A stretch of 64,000 bases of DNA from NCBI GenBank assembly GCA_964016885.1, contig OZ024744.1:60140001-60204000 (forward strand), in the 5' to 3' direction. The notes under the pieces are model-generated. The model ran no database searches and was not told the origin of the DNA. It worked only from the letters and a program-made list of their open reading frames with translations. Of this stretch, positions 11,337 to 22,917 are shown one piece after another. The DNA comes from Eledone cirrhosa. Taxonomy: Eukaryota. The first letter of the stretch is position 1. Every line of letters starts with the position of its first letter. The position numbers were made by a program, and so were the translations under genes.

Positions 11337-12385
11337 TGGTACCTTGACTTACGAGTGTCCCAACTAACGAGTTTTTCGAGACACGAGCCGTCTCTCGGCC
11401 GATTTGTTTGCTTTGAGCTGCGAGCTAAAATTCGGGTTACGAGCCAGCTTCAGATATCCTTTCGCTAGTTGGCGTAGCGACCGCCACAGTGAGCGTCGTA
11501 ACATTCGCCCAGCATCCCATAGGTCCGAAGAAAATGAGCACGAATGACAGTGCCGAGAAGAAGAAGTGGATGATGTGCATTAAATTAAAGAAAGAAATTA
11601 TCGAATAACGACCATGGTATGTGTGTAGTCGACTTGGCGAAGCAGTACGAGTGTAGCACTTTTACTATCTGCACCATACTGAAACAGAAGGAGTCGATAA
11701 AGGCTATAACGCCAGCCAAGGGTGTTAAAATAATTTCTAAACAGCGGACATCTATCCATGAAAATATGGAAAAGCTGCTGATAGTGTGGTTGACGGAGAA
11801 GCAGCTCGCAGGAGATACCGTGACTGAAACTATAATCTGCGTGAAGGCACGAGCTATTTACGTTGATTTGCTACAGCAGACCCCCAGGTACTTCGACGGA
11901 CGAGGCATCGGGCAAACCGTTTAAAGCCAGTCGGGGCTGGTTCGAGAATTTTAAAAAGCGGACCAGCATTCACTCTGTTGCCAGGCATGGTGGGGCTGTG
12001 GGTACGGATATGAAGGCAGCTGAGGATTACCTCAAAACTTTTTCCGGAATTATAGCAGCCAAAGGATACATCCCCCAGCAAGTCTTCAACTGTGACGAGA
12101 CAGGACTTTTTTGGAAAAGATCCCGATATAATGGAAGTGGAGAAACCAGGCCACAAACCATGAAGGATAGGTTAACCCTCACACTGTGTGCCAATGTGAG
12201 CGGCGATTGCAAGATTAAGCTACTGCTCGTTTATCATTCGGAAAACCCCAGAGCCTTTAAGTCACATAAGATTCTGAAAAAAAAAACTGCAGGTTGAGTG
12301 GAGGGAGTGGGTCACCAGGCAATCCTTTGTGGGGTGTGGGGAATTTGGTCTTTGGTCTTGACGTTAAGAAATATCTCCTGCTAAT
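11334..12385 (+). mobile_element. Tigger/pogo DNA transposon, 3'-truncated, transposase pseudogene
   Basis: TA|CAGTGGTACCTTGACTTACGAG TIR-like start; CENP-B-type HTH MEKLLIVWL..., FKASRGWFENFKKR, QVFNCDETGLFWK, KDRLTL..CAN.SGD. Confidence 0.9.
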
Positions 12386-12416
12386 ATGCAAATCAGGCCG
12401 ATCAGTCAAAATATAG

Positions 12417-12419
<3 letters not shown>

Positions 12420-12488
<69 letters not shown>
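12420..12488. repeat. (TC)n(TA)n microsatellite
   Basis: Directly visible. Confidence 0.93.
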
Positions 12489-12489
<1 letters not shown>

Positions 12490-12926
12490 TTCGTTTTTTA
12501 ATTTGTTTTGCAAGATTGCTTATCTGAAAACGTGTTAAAACAGATATTGTAGATATTGTTATATTTTGGGAGCGTCATGCAAACAATAAAAACACACGCA
12601 CCTATTGATTTTCACTTCAATTTATTATATATTTTTGGTTGGTTCGATAATCGGATGGTTGTTTATATATTGTCAAAACTCTTTTGTCGCGCATTCTGTG
12701 ACCTCCTCAGTGACTAGGTTTTTATTTTGTGTCTCTCCTTTGTTCTGTCCTATACCATATTGTATTTTAGTCTAATACAATATGTGATCATTTGCCTATT
12801 TCTTCAACCATAAGAGTAAATATTTCTGACCGACTAAGCCTGATGAAATGTTGCCATCGAAGTAATATATTATTACTGGTGCAGTTTTATGAATCAATAC
12901 ATTCATACATTTCATGAAGACGCGTA

Positions 12927-13222
12927 ATTCAGTGTTTAAGGCGTTTGGCTCATGATCGTAGAACCGTAAGTTCTTTCCCTGTGGAGTGTTGTGTCCTTGG
13001 GTCAGACACTTTACCTCACAATGCTTCAGTCCACTTAACTAGAAAAGAATAAGTTGTACCTGATATTCAAAGGACCAGTCTTGTCCCACATTGTCTAGTG
13101 CTAAAACTCCCTGAGAACTCCATTAAAGATACACGTGTTTGTGGAATGTTCAGCCACATGTACATTAAATTCGGGAGAAGGTTGTTCCGTTGATCGAACA
13201 ACTAAAACATCCATCGTCGATT
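12927..13222 (+). mobile_element. tRNA-derived SINE, CORE-like domain, decayed
   Basis: tRNA-like head, then gttgtgtccttgggtcagacactttacctcacaatgcttcagtcc CORE-type motif. Confidence 0.55.
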
Positions 13223-13831
13223 CAGCACATTCATACTTTACTCAATATGATATGTCAGATTTCTCTTCCAGTGCTTTTCCCCACACAGGAGATATCTGCC
13301 ATATACCCGAATGTAACGGGTGATAATTTTTGTTGAGTTCTTTTGAGAATTGCACTTGATTGAGATGTAATAATATGTATTTTGTTAAGTTCATGTATGT
13401 CTTAGTATACATGTGTGTGTATGTATGTGTATGTACACACACATACATGTGTAGATGGATTTCGTGTATATGTGTGAGTGTTGTGTTATGCATCTCTCCC
13501 ATCCTACGTGTATATAGATAGGATGGAGCGAAAGATGGTAGGCTCACATCTCTACTTTACCACTTCACCGCCCTCGATTTCATATTCCATTCTTAACTTA
13601 CAATCTCTTACATTATTTATGGCGTTCATTTATCTAATTGTCTACAAATGTACTTCAAAACATTCTTTCTTATTTTTTCTTTCGCGTTCTTTTCTCTTTG
13701 TCTTTTTCTTGCCAAACATCTTCTTCACACATTCTCCAATAACCATGTTTCTTCTTACTTAACAATTCTTAGACTCTCTCTCTCTCTATCTATCTATCTA
13801 TTTATATGTGCGTGGTGTGCGTGTGTGTGTA

Positions 13832-13879
<48 letters not shown>

Positions 13880-13910
13880 TAGTCATCCAGGACTTCATAC
13901 CGCGAGCACT

Positions 13911-13943
<33 letters not shown>

Positions 13944-13953
13944 AAAATGTTTA

Positions 13954-14048
13954 ACCTCGACGGCAGAGCTCAAGCCGTTTCGATAGCTATTTCTGGACTA
14001 AATTAGAATTTTTAGCATGGTAATAAATAGCCAAACTTTTCAAGCGGT
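13954..14048 (-). ncRNA. Type I hammerhead ribozyme variant (UUGAAAA core)
   Basis: Inverted copy of 15397-15491; stem III ACGGC/GCCGT, GUC site. Confidence 0.55.
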
Positions 14049-14359
14049 AATTCCTAATATGGGAAGATTATAGTAGTCAAAAGGATTGGTCAAAATTTCT
14101 TGTAAACACAATTAAATCTTTCATGGCGGTGGGTGGGAGGTGAGGGTGGCTGAACTTGCCTGTAGAACAATGAGGGAGTGGGTGGAGCCGGTCAAGCGTT
14201 GAAAATGAATTCTATACAGCAAATTCTAAGGAGTGTGTAAGAAATTAGGTTAGGTAGAAAGCAGGCGAAAAAGAAATCTGAGAGTCGGACGTTATAAAAT
14301 TAAAGGGTTAATAAATAGGAAGAAACAACCTACACATTAGTGGAGAGTGGACCTGGAGG

Positions 14360-14742
14360 TGTAACTGCCCTGATAGATCTATGTGCCCCCTCAACAACAG
14401 ATGCCGAGAACGTAACGTGATCTACCAATGCAACGTGAGGACGGAAAACTCCAACAAAGCCTTTATAGGGTTAACCGTTTGTGACTTTAAGACTCGGTTC
14501 TACCAACACCGACATACGTTCCGAAACCCGGCCTGGCGACATGCCACTCGGGCCACATCTGGGACCTCCAAGATAATAACATAACATACGATCTTACTTG
14601 GAGCTTACTGTCCAGGGCTAACTCCAACACGGGAGGATCCCGTCTGTGTAACTTATGCTCGGGGGAAACAATACAAATGCTGTTTACAAAGGACCAACTC
14701 CTAAACAAAAAAGACGAACTTGTAACTGCATGTAAACACTGA
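14360..14742 (+). pseudogene. GIY-YIG endonuclease of PLE
   Basis: CNC....CPLNNRC...VIY...FIGLT..FKTRFYQH..F...IWDL...W...CNLC...LLNKKDEL...CKH. Confidence 0.88.
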
Positions 14743-15396
14743 TTGCGTAGGACTTACCTCACCCTCAAACACCCTCATGAACCGGGTGGATAGACAATGG
14801 TTGCAACATCCTTCCTTTCCCCACTTGCCGAACAAGATAGGGGAAACCCCAGCATACATAGGCAGATGTACTTTTCTTTTACCCTTTATCTCTTCTTATC
14901 ACTTCCTTCCACTCCCTCTCCTCTTCCTTTTCCTTTTTCCTCTTTCGCCTACCCTGAGGCAGCCCATCGGGATTTTGTAGCCTCAGTACCCCCACCCCAG
15001 TAAATTCTATATAGCATTGGCCGATAACGCAATACCAGCTAAAAATATAGCAGCTACTTTAGACTCTAGAGATTTTTTTAATTATTTTTTACTATTTAAT
15101 TTTTTTTCTTATTTTTTTATTTTAATCGATTTATTAACCCTTTGATTTTATAACGTCCCACTCTCAAATTTCTTTTTCGCCTGCTTTCTACCTAACCTAA
15201 TTTCATACACACTCCTTAGAATTTGCTGTATAGAATTCACTTTCAACGCTTGACCGGTTCCACCCATTCCCTCATTGTTCTACAAGCAAGTTCAGCCACC
15301 CCCACCTCCCACCCACTGCCATGAAAGATTTGATTGTGTTTACAAGAAATTTTGACCAATCCTTTTGACAACTATAATCTTCCCATATAAGGAATT

Positions 15397-15491
15397 ACAC
15401 CTTGAAAAGTTCGACTATTTATTACCACGCTAAAAATTCTAATTTAGTCCAGAAATAGCTATCGAAACGGCTTGAGCTCTGCCGTCGGGGT
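15397..15491 (+). ncRNA. Type I hammerhead ribozyme variant (UUGAAAA core)
   Basis: acacc-TTGAAAA(15402-15408)-stem II-GAAA(15464-15467)-CGGC ttgagctct GCCG-TC-ggggt. Confidence 0.6.
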
Positions 15492-15803
15492 TAAACATTT
15501 TCCTATTACCCACTCTACTACCCTAAGTATTGAGTACTCTGGTGTGTTATGGTCCATCTGGTTACTTATCACACTTCCTTCGTTATATATATATATATAT
15601 ATATTGGTAAACGGAAAAGAAAATGCTGACAAATTGTTCACAGTGAAAAATAGTTTAATTAGGAATAAGTGAGAATTAGTAATATTATTGGTTAGTATTC
15701 AGTTTTGGTTTTAAGTTTTACCGGTTGCGCATTTCTAATGCTAAATAATTTTGAGATAGAGCGTCCGTGATGTTTGCTCTAATCTGTATATATATATATA
15801 TAT

Positions 15804-16391
15804 AAGTGGTTACACAACAGTTAGTTCACCATACCGAGAACAATTGTTTCACCTTAGCGGATCCTCAGCTCGTAATGGATATGGTTATACGGAACAGGAA
15901 GGATAACCGTACGGACGCGCATGCGCAGAAACGATCACTTCACACAGGCAATACTAAATTTTGTAGATAACTGCGAAAGTCCGAAAGTTTCTAGTTAATA
16001 AGAAAATTAGGATGTTGTTGTAATTCAATCCGGAGCTTTGTAGTTATGTAAGAGGTGTTTCCAGACGTGTGGACAACGTGTGAAGAATTCATTTCTTGAG
16101 TTTAGGCAATCACTATTGCGAAATCTCTTTAGAATATTTATTCGTTCATCAATACATTGTCCACACGACGGATTGCCCCTTGCGTAAGGCTTGGACTTAG
16201 TGATGGCTTTCCATTGAATGGAGTAGTCTATACTTGAGTCCTTGAGGGACCATACGTGGCTCGCGAGTTTCGTGGATGAACGTCTGTCCGGGTACCTAAA
16301 GGTGAACTAACTGTTGTGTAACCACTTCTACCTAACTCGTCCCATAGACTGAGTGCTCTACCACTACGGATATTACCTTCCAGTGTTCTAC

Positions 16392-16395
<4 letters not shown>
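15804..16395 (-). mobile_element. Penelope-like element (Naiad-type) 3' fragment with short inverted pLTR end
   Basis: Minus translation STKLASHVWSLKDSSIDYSIQWK...CGQC..E...LNSRNEFFTRCPH; 27-bp inverted repeat 15804-15830 / 16301-16327; flanked by (TA)n. Confidence 0.85.
15835..15872 (-). ncRNA. Minimal type I hammerhead ribozyme
   Basis: CGAG-CTGAGGA-tccgctaaggt-GAAA-CAATTG-TT-CTCG; palindromic stem III. Confidence 0.75.

Positions 16396-16441
<46 letters not shown>
16396..16441. repeat. (TA)n microsatellite
   Basis: Directly visible. Confidence 0.93.
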
Positions 16442-16445
<4 letters not shown>

Positions 16446-16578
16446 ATATTTATACTTATAATACACTATATATAATTATAAACAGGAAAGGTCAGTAATT
16501 CATTAGCACCTTATTACCAGTAAGAAAAATAGCTCAATGTAAATACATCAGATGTTTTACAGAGCTGGAATATATATA

Positions 16579-16581
<3 letters not shown>

Positions 16582-16672
<91 letters not shown>
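16582..16672. repeat. (CA)n microsatellite
   Basis: Directly visible. Confidence 0.95.
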
Positions 16673-16675
<3 letters not shown>

Positions 16676-18077
16676 GGTAGATATAGATGCAATTCAACTC
16701 AAGCACTCAACGTCATGTTACTTCTTCAAAATAAGGATGACGGAGTATAAATAGAATGAGGAAAACGTGAAGTTGTATATGTTAGAGACTCCTTTATTAA
16801 TAAAGCCGTGATATATATTTTAATGACAATCATTGTCACTTGATTATTTAACCAATATCGTGATATCATCAGACAGCAAAATTGAGCAAAAGGTTACGCT
16901 TTCAAGGCAATCATGGATGCAAAGGAGCAGATTAAAAAATTTAGTTTTTGATGCGGTTGTCCGCTCCCTTGTAAACTTCCGAATCTTTGCGCAGACGCAG
17001 GGGTGGGTGAAGCTGACCACTTAACCACCACCCAGATTACTACTACCCTAGGTGATTCTCTCCAACCACCAGTCTACTACCACCTTAGCCGAGTGACCAT
17101 GATTGTCATTGAAATATGTATCACAGCCTTATTAATAAAGGACTCTTTAACATCTACAACTTCGTATTTTCCTCATTCTAATTATACTCCATCATCCTTA
17201 TTTTGAAGAAGTAACATGACGTTGAGTGCTTGATTGAATTGCATCTATATTCACCGTATGTATTTGGTTCTGCATGTTGAGCGCTTTTTGATACAATTCG
17301 ATAACTTTGCTACTATTGGCACCCCTAACAGTTGACGGAAATTTAACTACGAATCAACTTTCGACCGGATTAACGAGAGAACAAAAAGTAACAATAACCT
17401 CTTATTTTCCCGCACCACCTTTTATTTCGCACTAAAGCCTGGAAATGAGATCTACTAAGTCCCATTCTGCCTCATCTAACCATGGACAGCCGGAGAAGTC
17501 TATTTGCACCCGGCTGTGACTAGACTGACCAAAACACCCAAAGCACTGTGAATATAACTGGACTCTTTATAATTCGTTCTCACTCAGACATTGTTCACAT
17601 ATTTTTCCTTTATTTTCTTTATGATTCCTTTTATCTTTTCCTCTTTGTACTTTTTTTTTTTACATTTTCCTTCTCAGATTGACTGGGATATCAACTGTAT
17701 GGTCATCTAATTATTACATTCTATACTTTAAATTTAATCTGTCATTTTCGTTAACATGCCAATTCTTTTCTAGTCATAAATTAATATCCAATTTTGAACC
17801 CAATTACTATTACGGATATACACGTCAACTAGTTAGATATTATTCTTAGTATATTCGACTGGTGTCTAAATTTCTAGATTTCTAACTTTTAATATTTTTA
17901 GTCCGCTCCCTTGCATCCCTGATTGCCTCGGAAACGTAACCTTTTACTCAATGTTGCTGTCTGATGAAATCACGATACTGGTTAAATAATCAAGTGCCCA
18001 AGATCGTCATTGAAATATGTATCACGGCCTCATTAATAAAGGACTCTTTAACATCTACAACTTCGCATTTTCCTCAT
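16671..18077 (+). mobile_element. Non-autonomous PLE / retrozyme-like unit: inverted pLTR plus two direct pLTR copies
   Basis: 16671-16840 is the reverse complement of 17092-17260; 17880-18077 matches the reverse complement of ~16755-16950; hammerhead motifs in the repeats. Confidence 0.75.
17956..18028 (+). ncRNA. Type I hammerhead ribozyme
   Basis: GCTGT-CTGATGA-aatcacgat...atcgtcatt-GAAA-TATGTA-TC-ACGGC. Confidence 0.78.
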
Positions 18078-18079
18078 GA

Positions 18080-18250
18080 GTATCGGTAGAGTCACCATGC
18101 TTTCCAGCAAAGAGTTATGTCCTTTTCCGGTCTGAGTTCAAATCCTGCCGAGGTTAACTTTGCCTTTCATCCTTACGGGGTCGATAAAATAAAGTACCAG
18201 TAATGCACTGGGATAATTGCTGACTTTGTGCCAAATGTAGAAACAATTAT
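18080..18250 (+). mobile_element. tRNA-derived SINE (octopus-type)
   Basis: B box GAGTTCAAATCC, then ttaactttgcctttcatccttacggggtcgataaaataaagtaccagt; same family at 22783, 29100, 37458. Confidence 0.8.
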
Positions 18251-18269
18251 ATATATATATAGAGAGAGA

Positions 18270-19562
18270 ATAAAATAACTCCAAATGGTTTCTATTCACT
18301 ATTTTTCAAAGAAATACCTTTATTTCAACATATAATGTTATCTGAACAAAGTTTCAGCAGGCTATCCCAGTAAAGATAAACAAACGGTGAGATAAACAAA
18401 CTGTATAATCAAATGGAGTCAGGAGTAAAAGGGTTTAAAGTTTAAGACCAAATATGGCTAGATAGTGTCGTAGCATTTCTCCGCCTCGGGTTTCTAAAGG
18501 TATATTGGTGTTGGTAACACCTTGTCTTGAGTTCGCAGCCGGTTAATCCGATTATACTTTGTTGGTATGTTCTGTCATGAACTTGCACTTGTACACGAGG
18601 TTCCGTTGCCGACATTTGGTGTTTAAAGGACAATCTGTTTTGTTAATGCAATTACATTCCTGGGTTCCTCCTCGCTGAGGTCAAAATGGGACCTGTTAAA
18701 ATTGAGTTTGGCAATGTTTGAGGACGCTAAGATTTGTGCGAAGTTGGGAGTGGTGCTGTAAGAAAGTTTGATTGTGTTTTTTGTTGTGGTAGCGATGGTG
18801 TTGTGGGAAGTATTTATTGAGAAGTTTGAAAAAAATATACCCAATTGGTGTGGTGACTTCAGGATTGTGAGAAGGGTTAAACCACGTTATGTTGCATGAG
18901 TGGCGACTCCACCTACTAATTCTGCTAATGGGCCTTGCGTAGTAGGTCAATTATTCCTTAAATCCGCCTTTTAAAAGGCCTGGTTGTAATGCGGCGCATG
19001 TTCCTTGAATATCTGCTCGTTAACAGACAAGCGTAAGGGAGATATTTTTTACCCAATTTTTTGTTATATTCATTGGGTGGTTTAAGTATAGGTGGATGTA
19101 ATGTAAGTTTTTATTGGGTTTCCGGAAGGGGTAGTACAGTTGCTTCTCCAAGTTTATGGTTACGTCCAAGATGTTGGTAAAGGTGGGAGACGTCTGTAAG
19201 GTAACCTTAAATCCTAATTACTAGAAGAACTTGATGAGATGTTTGCGAACCGGGTCCCTACTACTGGGGTTGTATTTGGTAAGAGTTACAAGCCCATCAT
19301 CTCTGTACAGGCCCCCTCCGAGAGCAGGAAATCTTTCTATTAGTTTCTGGAATATGTAGGCCTAATAAGTCTGTAACCTCCACCGAGTCGGTTGCTCCCA
19401 TAATAACATCAAAGGGTGAGTTTGGGGCCCTTTTTATCCAGGTGGAATTTTCAAAAAGCAAGACGGTCTTCCTAACGTGGAGAAGTATGTCGATTTGCTG
19501 GTCACTCATGGGTGTGATATTTCTGGCGTAATCTATTGCAGCCCCCAAGAGTGTTTTAGAGA
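18270..19562 (-). mobile_element. Penelope-like (Naiad-type) RT C-half, linker and GIY-YIG remnant
   Basis: Minus: TWIK...FDVIMGATDSVEVTDLLGL, GLYRDDGL, ITWFNPS, IKLSYSTTPN, CNC....CPL, IIGLTGCELKTR..QH. Confidence 0.88.
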
Positions 19563-19629
19563 AAGTCTCATCCTTGCATGATAAATGCGGAGGGACGAAA
19601 TATTTCAGATCGAACTGAACCTCTCGACC

Positions 19630-19930
19630 CACACCTTCCTTATTTCACCCTCAAGTACAATCGCAAACCTACCATCCGGCTTATAAACCCGACAATGTCA
19701 TACATAGGGAGGATAAGTAAAAGGATCCTGGATAAAATTATACCTAAATTTAAGCAACAAGCGAGGCTCAGCCTATGGAATAGTACACAAGAAGTCATCT
19801 CCTGGTTCCTAAGCATCACCGACAAAGAGAATACTATGTTTATCCATTCGACATTAAGAATTACTACGCATCAATAACTAAAGCACTCTTGGAGGCCCCA
19901 ATAGAGTACGCCAGAACTATCACACTCACT
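19630..19930 (+). mobile_element. Penelope-like RT N-terminal fragment, inverted relative to the adjacent piece
   Basis: PYFTLK...PTIRLINP..SYIGRISKRILD...LWNSTQEVISWF...FDI.NYY.SIT. Confidence 0.85.
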
Positions 19931-20489
19931 CACTGCTTTATTCTCATTCTCCACACCACCCTACTTCTGCCTCTACATCTGATATTTCCTCCACCAACTG
20001 CCCTTATACTGCCCATTCTGCTCCACATTTTAACATTTGTGGTCACTAAGGTTTTGCAACCCGTGTCCACAAGGGCTCTTGATACATTCCAACCCACTAG
20101 AACCTCTACTACGAGCAGCGACTGTAGAAGTGCCTCTATTCACTCGTAGAGGTAGTTATCGGCGCAGTAGCCCACCTGCCCTTTTTTTCCTGGCTTCAAT
20201 AGCTGGTGATGTGGCCTACTCACATTGGTAGAAAATTGGCTTAGGTTTCGGTTCCTTGCTATGAGCGAACCCTGATCCCCAAAACACTGACTTTTAAATG
20301 GTCACGGCCGCTCCGCAGTTCTTTTTTCTTCATCGTTCGTCGGATGCTGCCTGATACTATTTGCTTCTGTTGTTTCGTGGGGCTTCAGCGATTAATTGAC
20401 CGATGGACTTCGTCTCGTTGTCCAGCAGCTGTTCCAGCATCACCGATATCTCCTCAAGGAATCCGCTCACAAAAAACCACACTACCTTT

Positions 20490-21190
20490 TCCTGGCCTTC
20501 TGTAAATCGTTGGTAGCATAGTCGCGGATGCACATACCTGTGTAATCCTTGGAAGATCTATCCATGACAACTTCCACCTCACTCAGTACATCATAGAACA
20601 GGTTGGGATTGGATATCGCTTCGGTGAGGCACTAGTACATATAAATTTTCTGAAAAGGTTGACCATCGTTACCTGGAGGCTGTCCTATGAGTAGCCGATT
20701 TCGGTCCGACTTTCCGAGGCTGGGTCGCATCAATATACAGTGGCATCTGCTCGGTGGTCAAACTAAACGGCCACCTCTCGGAATCTTTCAGCATCGCACA
20801 GTTTGTCAATCAGAGATGTCCTCTTCCCTCTCTCCTCTCGGTGTTGATTTTACAGCCATTATTGGAGAAGATGGAAACTATGAAAGGCATCCCACTTGAA
20901 CTAGGCTACATGAGAAACGTGAGTGCTTATGGTGTGACCAGCATCATGTCAGACAAGTCGGATGGGCAGGTGATAGGCGCCGTATTGGAAGAATGCCAGC
21001 AGGGTATAGGTACATGCTTAAACTAAGATAAGTTGATTTGATGAAAGACAAGTCCATATCACCCAGCAGGAATTTCTATCGCTGGACCAAGGGCCTGGTC
21101 ATGTTGCTTAGGGTTTGGTTCAGATCAGACCTCCAAGTAGGCAAGGACTGTGAAGTGGTCGCGATCAAGATGACTACTCTCACTCAGACT
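20490..21190 (+). mobile_element. L1/Tx1-like RT fragment, decayed
   Basis: GRSIHDN.HL, VKLNGHLSESF...QRCPL, LGVWF motifs shared with Tx1 copies at 51845-58850. Confidence 0.8.
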
Positions 21191-22039
21191 TTTGTTCGTG
21201 TGTACATGCAGCTCTGTGTATGTGTGTGTATGTGATTTCTTTTTGTGTGGAAGTATGATTCTACTTTACCCTGTTGTGTGTGTATGTGTGAGTGCGTCTG
21301 TATGTTTGAGTATGAGTCTGTGTACGTATCTATAGGAAATCAATGGAATTGGTTAAATCAAAAGGAAGCAGTTCTCAGCAACAAGTAAAAGAGGATGGAA
21401 GTGTCTAACTCAAGAATTAACCAACTTTGACACTGATGTTAGTGAACAGAACAGCTATATTCTTGCTTCAATTTCTGCTTGCCATAGTCCATAATCCATA
21501 CAAGATAATGGTTTAGCATTGTCATCGATTTCAGAATAAGTTTATTTATTAATACAAGAAGTTCAATACATAATGCAATGGAAACCTATCCTCTTTATTC
21601 ACTCTGTTCCTTTTTTTTTCTTTTTAAAGAATTTTTTTTTTTATTTACAAATTCTTCATGTTGTCAATAAACTATTGACTATAATAAAAAATAAAATATA
21701 ATGCTCTTTTTCATTTTGTTAGAAAAATATTCCTGTGAAATAAACAGCACTACAAACTTTGATAAATTCTTTATGGTGATATAGAATAAAAGTTAACCCT
21801 TTTGATACCATATTTCTAATGAAAAACATGGCATATCCTTTTCAAATAATTTAGCTTTGCTGAGTTGGTATTTGGAACATAAATTAACAAAGGTTATTAC
21901 ACAAAATTATGATAAAATGGGTTTCAATGAATATAAACAGTTTTGTATTGTAGGATCAGGGGTGGTTTCAAGAGGTTTTGGAAAAGAAGACAGATAAAGT
22001 ATCTATAAACAACAATTTGTGGAGGAACGTTAGAAAATA

Positions 22040-22270
22040 AAAGTTACATCTTTTTTATTAAAATAATACATAAGTTTTTTTTTTATTAAAACAATATTAA
22101 ATACAACAATACTTAAGTTATATATATTTTTTAAACAATATTAAATACACAACAATATTTATGTTACATTTTCTTTTATTAAAACTATTAAATACACAAT
22201 ACTTGACATAAATCTTTTTTTTTTTATTAAAACAATATTAAAGACACAACAATACTTAAGTTATATTTCA
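22040..22270. repeat. Degenerate AT-rich minisatellite (~55-60 bp unit, ~4 copies)
   Basis: Recurring ttattaaaacaatattaaatacacaacaatacttaagtta. Confidence 0.7.
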
Positions 22271-22782
22271 GGGGGTGTCAGCTCTTTACATTCTGAGTTC
22301 AAATAGAGGGAGAGTAGTGACACCGATTATGAATATCAACAATATGGTCAAGGAAAAAAATAACTTAAAGTGTTCTGTATATTAACTACACATGGTGGGT
22401 GCTTACATATGTAATATAATGAGTTGAAAAGCTTCAATTAACTGGAATAGTCTATGCAATTTAGTAGGCAAAATCTCAATCTAAAGGTGTTTAAAATAAT
22501 AGGGATAAGAAAAAAAATACAGTAGCTAAGATTCATTTTGGTAGATTTTCCAAATCAATTATAAAAAGAAAAAAAAAAATGAAACAACGTCTTGCTTACT
22601 ATGCCAAGCCACTCTAAAGGAAAATAAGATTGAAGTTTCCTTCATGCTTGCAGAAAATAAAGATAGATTATTATATACTATGAATTTGAATGAAAGAAGA
22701 AAAAATATATTAGGTATAGTAAAGATGCCTTCTGGTAGATTTTATAAATTAATTGTAAACAGGAGAAAAAAATAATTATGAT

Positions 22783-22917
22783 AATGGTAGAATAGTAGAA
22801 TGAACAAACTGCTTAGTATTTAATTATCTCTCTTTATGTTCTGAGTTCAAATCCTGCTGGTGTCGGCGTTGACTTTGCATTTCATACCTTTAGGTGTCAA
22901 TAAAACAAGTACCAGTC
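22783..22917 (+). mobile_element. tRNA-derived SINE (octopus-type), decayed
   Basis: ttctgagttcaaatcc...gactttgcatttcat...aataaaacaagtaccagt. Confidence 0.7.

Larger units (their letters stand above)
13942..15582 (+). mobile_element. Penelope-like element (Naiad-type), 5'-truncated, with inverted pLTR
   Basis: ~13942-14312 is the reverse complement of ~15131-15503; GIY-YIG remnant in between; short tail; flanked by (TA)n. Confidence 0.9.

Noticed and set aside
12670-12720. CTGAGGA motif on the minus strand
   Set aside because: GAAA and stem III not recoverable
18080-18160. tRNA gene
   Set aside because: B box belongs to a SINE head; no cloverleaf
21793-21990. TTAA-type (piggyBac-like) MITE
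   Set aside because: Left end TTAACCCTTTTGATACC is suggestive but the right TIR is too decayed to support
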